Of a stretch of 64,000 nucleotides of DNA, positions 61,246 through 64,000 are shown one piece after another; the first letter of the stretch is position 1, and the number at the start of each line of letters is the position of its first letter. This stretch comes from an uncultured Desulfatitalea sp. Lineage in GTDB: Bacteria > Desulfobacterota > Desulfobacteria > Desulfobacterales > Desulfosarcinaceae. A program made the translations under genes and the position numbers. The stretch is from contig CAXXMB010000002.1 of NCBI GenBank assembly GCA_963668675.2, positions 1,024,001 through 1,088,000 on the forward strand. Reading direction: 5' to 3'. A model generated the notes under the pieces. The model worked only from the letters and a program-made list of their open reading frames with translations, did not search any database and was not told where the DNA came from.

Positions 61246-62166
61246 ATGATCTCACCATCACAAACCCACCGCGTCGGCATCGACCTGGGCGGCACCAAAA
61301 TCGAAGCACTGCTGCTCTCACCTGAAGGCAAAGAGCTGCAACGCAGCCGCATCCCCACGCCGAGGGACCGTCGCCCAGAGAAAGAGTATGAGGCCATCTG
61401 CACGGCCGTTTGCCAACTGGTGCGCGAAACCGCAAAAAACCTTCCCACCGGCGAGATTCACACCATAGGGGTAGGCATTCCCGGCACGATCCAACGTCAA
61501 ACCGGATTGGTGCAGAACGCCAATACCACCAGCCTCACCGGCCGTCCGCTTAAGCACGACATCGAACAGAGACTGAACCACCCGGTGGGTATGGAAAACG
61601 ATGCCAACTGTTTCACCCTGGCCGAAGCGCTCATGGGGGCCGGCAGTGGGTACGATCTGGTTTTCGGCATCATCATGGGCACCGGCTGCGGTGGCGGCAT
61701 ATGCCTCAAGGGGCGGCTGCATACCGGCCGGCACCAGATCGCCGGAGAGTGGGGCCACTTCCCGGTTGATCCCAATGGCGCGCGCTGCTACTGCGGCAAC
61801 CCCGGATGTGTCGAGACCAAAATCAGCGGTAGCGGTGTAACCAGGGCTTTCAAAGCGCAATATGGCCGATCAATCACCATGGAGCAGATCGTCGAAAGGC
61901 ACCGCCGCGGGGACGACCCCGAGTGCACCGCGGCCTTTGAACAGTTTATTGAAGATTACGGTCGCTGTGTGGGAGGCCTGATCTCCCTCCTCGATCCGGA
62001 TGCCATCGTCCTCGGCGGCGGGCTCTCCAACATCGACGAATTGTACACTGCAGGTCTGGAACGGGTCCGCTGGTACGCCTTTCACGAGAGGGTGAGCACA
62101 CCCATTTTAAAAAACCGCTTGGGCGATTCGGCCGGGGTGTTTGGCGCAGCCTGGATCGGCAGATAG
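61246..62166 (+). CDS. ROK family sugar kinase (Mak/fructokinase-like)
   Basis: GIDLGGTKIE, ENDANCFTLAE, IMGTGCGGG, GEWGH, CYCGNPGCVE, GDSAGVFGAA. Confidence 0.92.
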   Translation: MISPSQTHRVGIDLGGTKIEALLLSPEGKELQRSRIPTPRDRRPEKEYEAICTAVCQLVRETAKNLPTGEIHTIGVGIPGTIQRQTGLVQNANTTSLTGRPLKHDIEQRLNHPVGMENDANCFTLAEALMGAGSGYDLVFGIIMGTGCGGGICLKGRLHTGRHQIAGEWGHFPVDPNGARCYCGNPGCVETKISGSGVTRAFKAQYGRSITMEQIVERHRRGDDPECTAAFEQFIEDYGRCVGGLISLLDPDAIVLGGGLSNIDELYTAGLERVRWYAFHERVSTPILKNRLGDSAGVFGAAWIGR

Positions 62167-62231
62167 CGTTTTCCTTTTAAAAAAATCTTTTCAATTTCGA
62201 ACAGTCGGGCTATGTTTGCAGATATTAATAT

Positions 62232-62245
62232 AGCGAACGTCCGCT
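62232..62245. promoter_or_regulatory. Candidate TetR operator 1
   Basis: AGCGAACGTCCGCT near-palindrome upstream of tetR; resembles the site at 63057. Confidence 0.5.
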
Positions 62246-62330
62246 TTATGCATGCTTAAAAACTGACAACAACTGGCCAATATATTGAACACTTAAAACG
62301 ATCTTAGACAATAGGTGAAGCTTGACACAG

Positions 62331-63056
62331 ATGACGCCTGAAAAAAACAGAAAGCCTGCCAACGGTTCCCCTTCGACATACGCGGAGTTCAACAAGGTCG
62401 TGACCATCACCAAGAAAGACATCTACCAGGCGACCATTGCTGAAAACCGTGAGACCATGCGTGTCAAAAAAGAGAAAACCGTGGTCAAGAATCTCGAAAA
62501 GATATTTGGCGCCGTACTGAAGATCGCCAACCGCAAGGGGTTCAATGCCATGAGCATGCGCGATTTGAGCCGGGAGAGCGGGCTGAGCATGGGGGCGCTC
62601 TACACCTATTTCTCCAGCAAGGACGAGCTGGTGGAGATGCTTCAAAATCAGCGCCGTTCTATTTCAGAACGCATCCTGCTCCAGCGGCTTGCCGAGGAAG
62701 AGACCAACATGGGCAGGCTCAAAGCCGGTATCTTCACGCATCTGTACCTGAGCGAGGCGATGCAGCCATGGTACTATTTTTCGTATATGGAGGCCAAAAA
62801 TCTCAGCAAGAGTGAACGCGCCAAAGCGGTGGCCAGCGACCTGACCATGGAACAAAAAATTGAGGATATCATCGCGAATGGCCAAAAAGAGGGCGAATTC
62901 CGCAAGCGGGACAGTCGCTTGACAGCCAGTCTCATCCAGGCCATGATCCAGGATTGGTACCTCAAGCGCTACAAATATCACCAGCGCAACATCTCCGTTG
63001 ATCAATACGCTGAGTTCCTGCTCGAGTTCGTCACCGAGTTCCTGTCTAAAAAATAG
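62331..63056 (+). CDS. TetR/AcrR family transcriptional regulator
   Basis: KGFNAMSMRDLSRESGLSMGALYTYFSSKDEL HTH; GQKEGEFR. Confidence 0.92.
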   Translation: MTPEKNRKPANGSPSTYAEFNKVVTITKKDIYQATIAENRETMRVKKEKTVVKNLEKIFGAVLKIANRKGFNAMSMRDLSRESGLSMGALYTYFSSKDELVEMLQNQRRSISERILLQRLAEEETNMGRLKAGIFTHLYLSEAMQPWYYFSYMEAKNLSKSERAKAVASDLTMEQKIEDIIANGQKEGEFRKRDSRLTASLIQAMIQDWYLKRYKYHQRNISVDQYAEFLLEFVTEFLSKK

Positions 63057-63107
63057 AACGAACGCTCGATTTTTTTCGTTGACATGCCCCATGCCCCCTG
63101 CTAATAC
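63057..63107 (+). promoter_or_regulatory. Candidate TetR operator 2 next to a sigma-70-like promoter
   Basis: AACGAACGCTCGAT (63057-63070), then TTGACA (63079-63084)-N17-TAATAC with a TG extension. Confidence 0.5.
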
Positions 63108-63247
63108 TTTCTAAAGTGGCAAATACAAGCGGGTAAACACTTTCTACGATATTTCAGGATATACTTTTGCGGCCCCCTTCCTAAAGTGAAGGGAATTCAT
63201 TTTATCTCATTTTTTAGTCTCGGCAGGTCCGGGCAAGGAGGATTTCA

Positions 63248-64000
63248 ATGAGGACAAAACAAGACTATATCAAAGGGTTGTCCAAGATGAAGCGCAATAT
63301 CTATTTCGACGGTGAGTTGATCGACCGCACCGACGAGCTTCAGATGGACTGCATCAACACCATCGGCACAACCTACGATGAAGCGGAAAAACCGGAAAAT
63401 CAGGAGCTGATGACCGCCATCTCCCATCTGACCGGAGAGCGCATCAACCGCTTCAACCACATCCACCAAAACACCGACGACCTGCACAAAAAACAGGATA
63501 TGACCCGCATGCTCTGCCAGAAGGTGGGCGGCTGCATCCAGCGCTGTATGGGCATCGACGCCACCAACGCCATATACAACGTCTCCTATGAAGCGGACAA
63601 GACGAACAAAGGCGAGACCCGGTATCACGAAAACTTCAAGAAGTGGCTGACCCGCTTCCAGACCGAGGACTTGATCGGCTGCTGTGCCCAGACCGATACG
63701 AAAGGTGACCGTATGCTACGCCCGGCCGACCAGCCGGTTCCGGGCTCCTATGTCCACATCAAAGAGCGCCTCAAAGACGGCATCGTCGTCGAAGGGTGCA
63801 AGGTCCACATCTCCGAGGCCTCGGTGGCCGACGAGGTGCTGGTGGTCCCCACCCGCGCCCTGCGCAAAGAGGACAAGGACTACGCTGTATCCTTTGCCGT
63901 ACCGGGCGACTGGGAAGGATTGAAACAGGTGGTCACCATCCACAACCTGCGTCCCAGACATCACTATAAACGCGGTTTCGTACAAGGATCCACCGACTCG
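63248..64000 (+). CDS. 4-hydroxybutyryl-CoA dehydratase (AbfD)/4-HPA 3-hydroxylase family; runs off the window end
   Basis: Absent from the ORF track (no stop in window). AAGGAGGA RBS, MRTKQDYIKGL, SHLTGERINRFNHIH, GGCIQRCMG, AQTDTKGDR, DGIVVEGCKVHIS, DYAVSFAVP. Confidence 0.85.
   Translation, partial: MRTKQDYIKGLSKMKRNIYFDGELIDRTDELQMDCINTIGTTYDEAEKPENQELMTAISHLTGERINRFNHIHQNTDDLHKKQDMTRMLCQKVGGCIQRCMGIDATNAIYNVSYEADKTNKGETRYHENFKKWLTRFQTEDLIGCCAQTDTKGDRMLRPADQPVPGSYVHIKERLKDGIVVEGCKVHISEASVADEVLVVPTRALRKEDKDYAVSFAVPGDWEGLKQVVTIHNLRPRHHYKRGFVQGSTDS

Noticed and set aside
63245..63985. ORF-track calls 63245-63628 (-), 63684-63923 (+) and 63716-63985 (-)
   Set aside because: All overlap the real plus-strand gene starting at 63248, which the track missed because its stop lies outside the window

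Overview
GC-rich bacterial chromosomal segment. Gene content points to an anaerobic Desulfobacterota (Desulfobacterales-like) organism; this is an inference. In order: (1) a group-3 (MvhA/VhuA-like) hydrogenase large subunit whose apparent stop is an in-frame selenocysteine UGA (DP-U-ISCATH) followed by a SECIS-like hairpin. (2) A partial type VI secretion cluster (tssE-F-G-K-L-M, an AMIN-domain gene, vgrG with a 17-heptad tail, DUF2169/pentapeptide, pentapeptide, DUF3540, DUF4150 PAAR-like) with no sheath, Hcp, ClpV, TssA, TssJ or obvious toxin/immunity genes; the DUF2169 protein appears to carry an inserted, catalytically degenerate primase/TOPRIM-like domain. (3) Accessory genes, including two co-oriented ~170-nt rod-like hairpins that share a conserved core and have covarying stems. 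(4) An MSHA-like type IV pilus/T2SS locus split into two convergent operons, with a sigma-54 promoter and an MshEN-type ATPase. (5) Metabolic, transport and signalling genes, a Ser/Thr kinase with beta-propellers, a group IIC intron 3' remnant, several MITE/REP-like elements, an RND efflux trio, a ROK kinase, a TetR regulator and a truncated 4-hydroxybutyryl-CoA dehydratase-like gene. No rRNA, tRNA or CRISPR array was seen. All family calls are by-eye motif recognition, not database searches.
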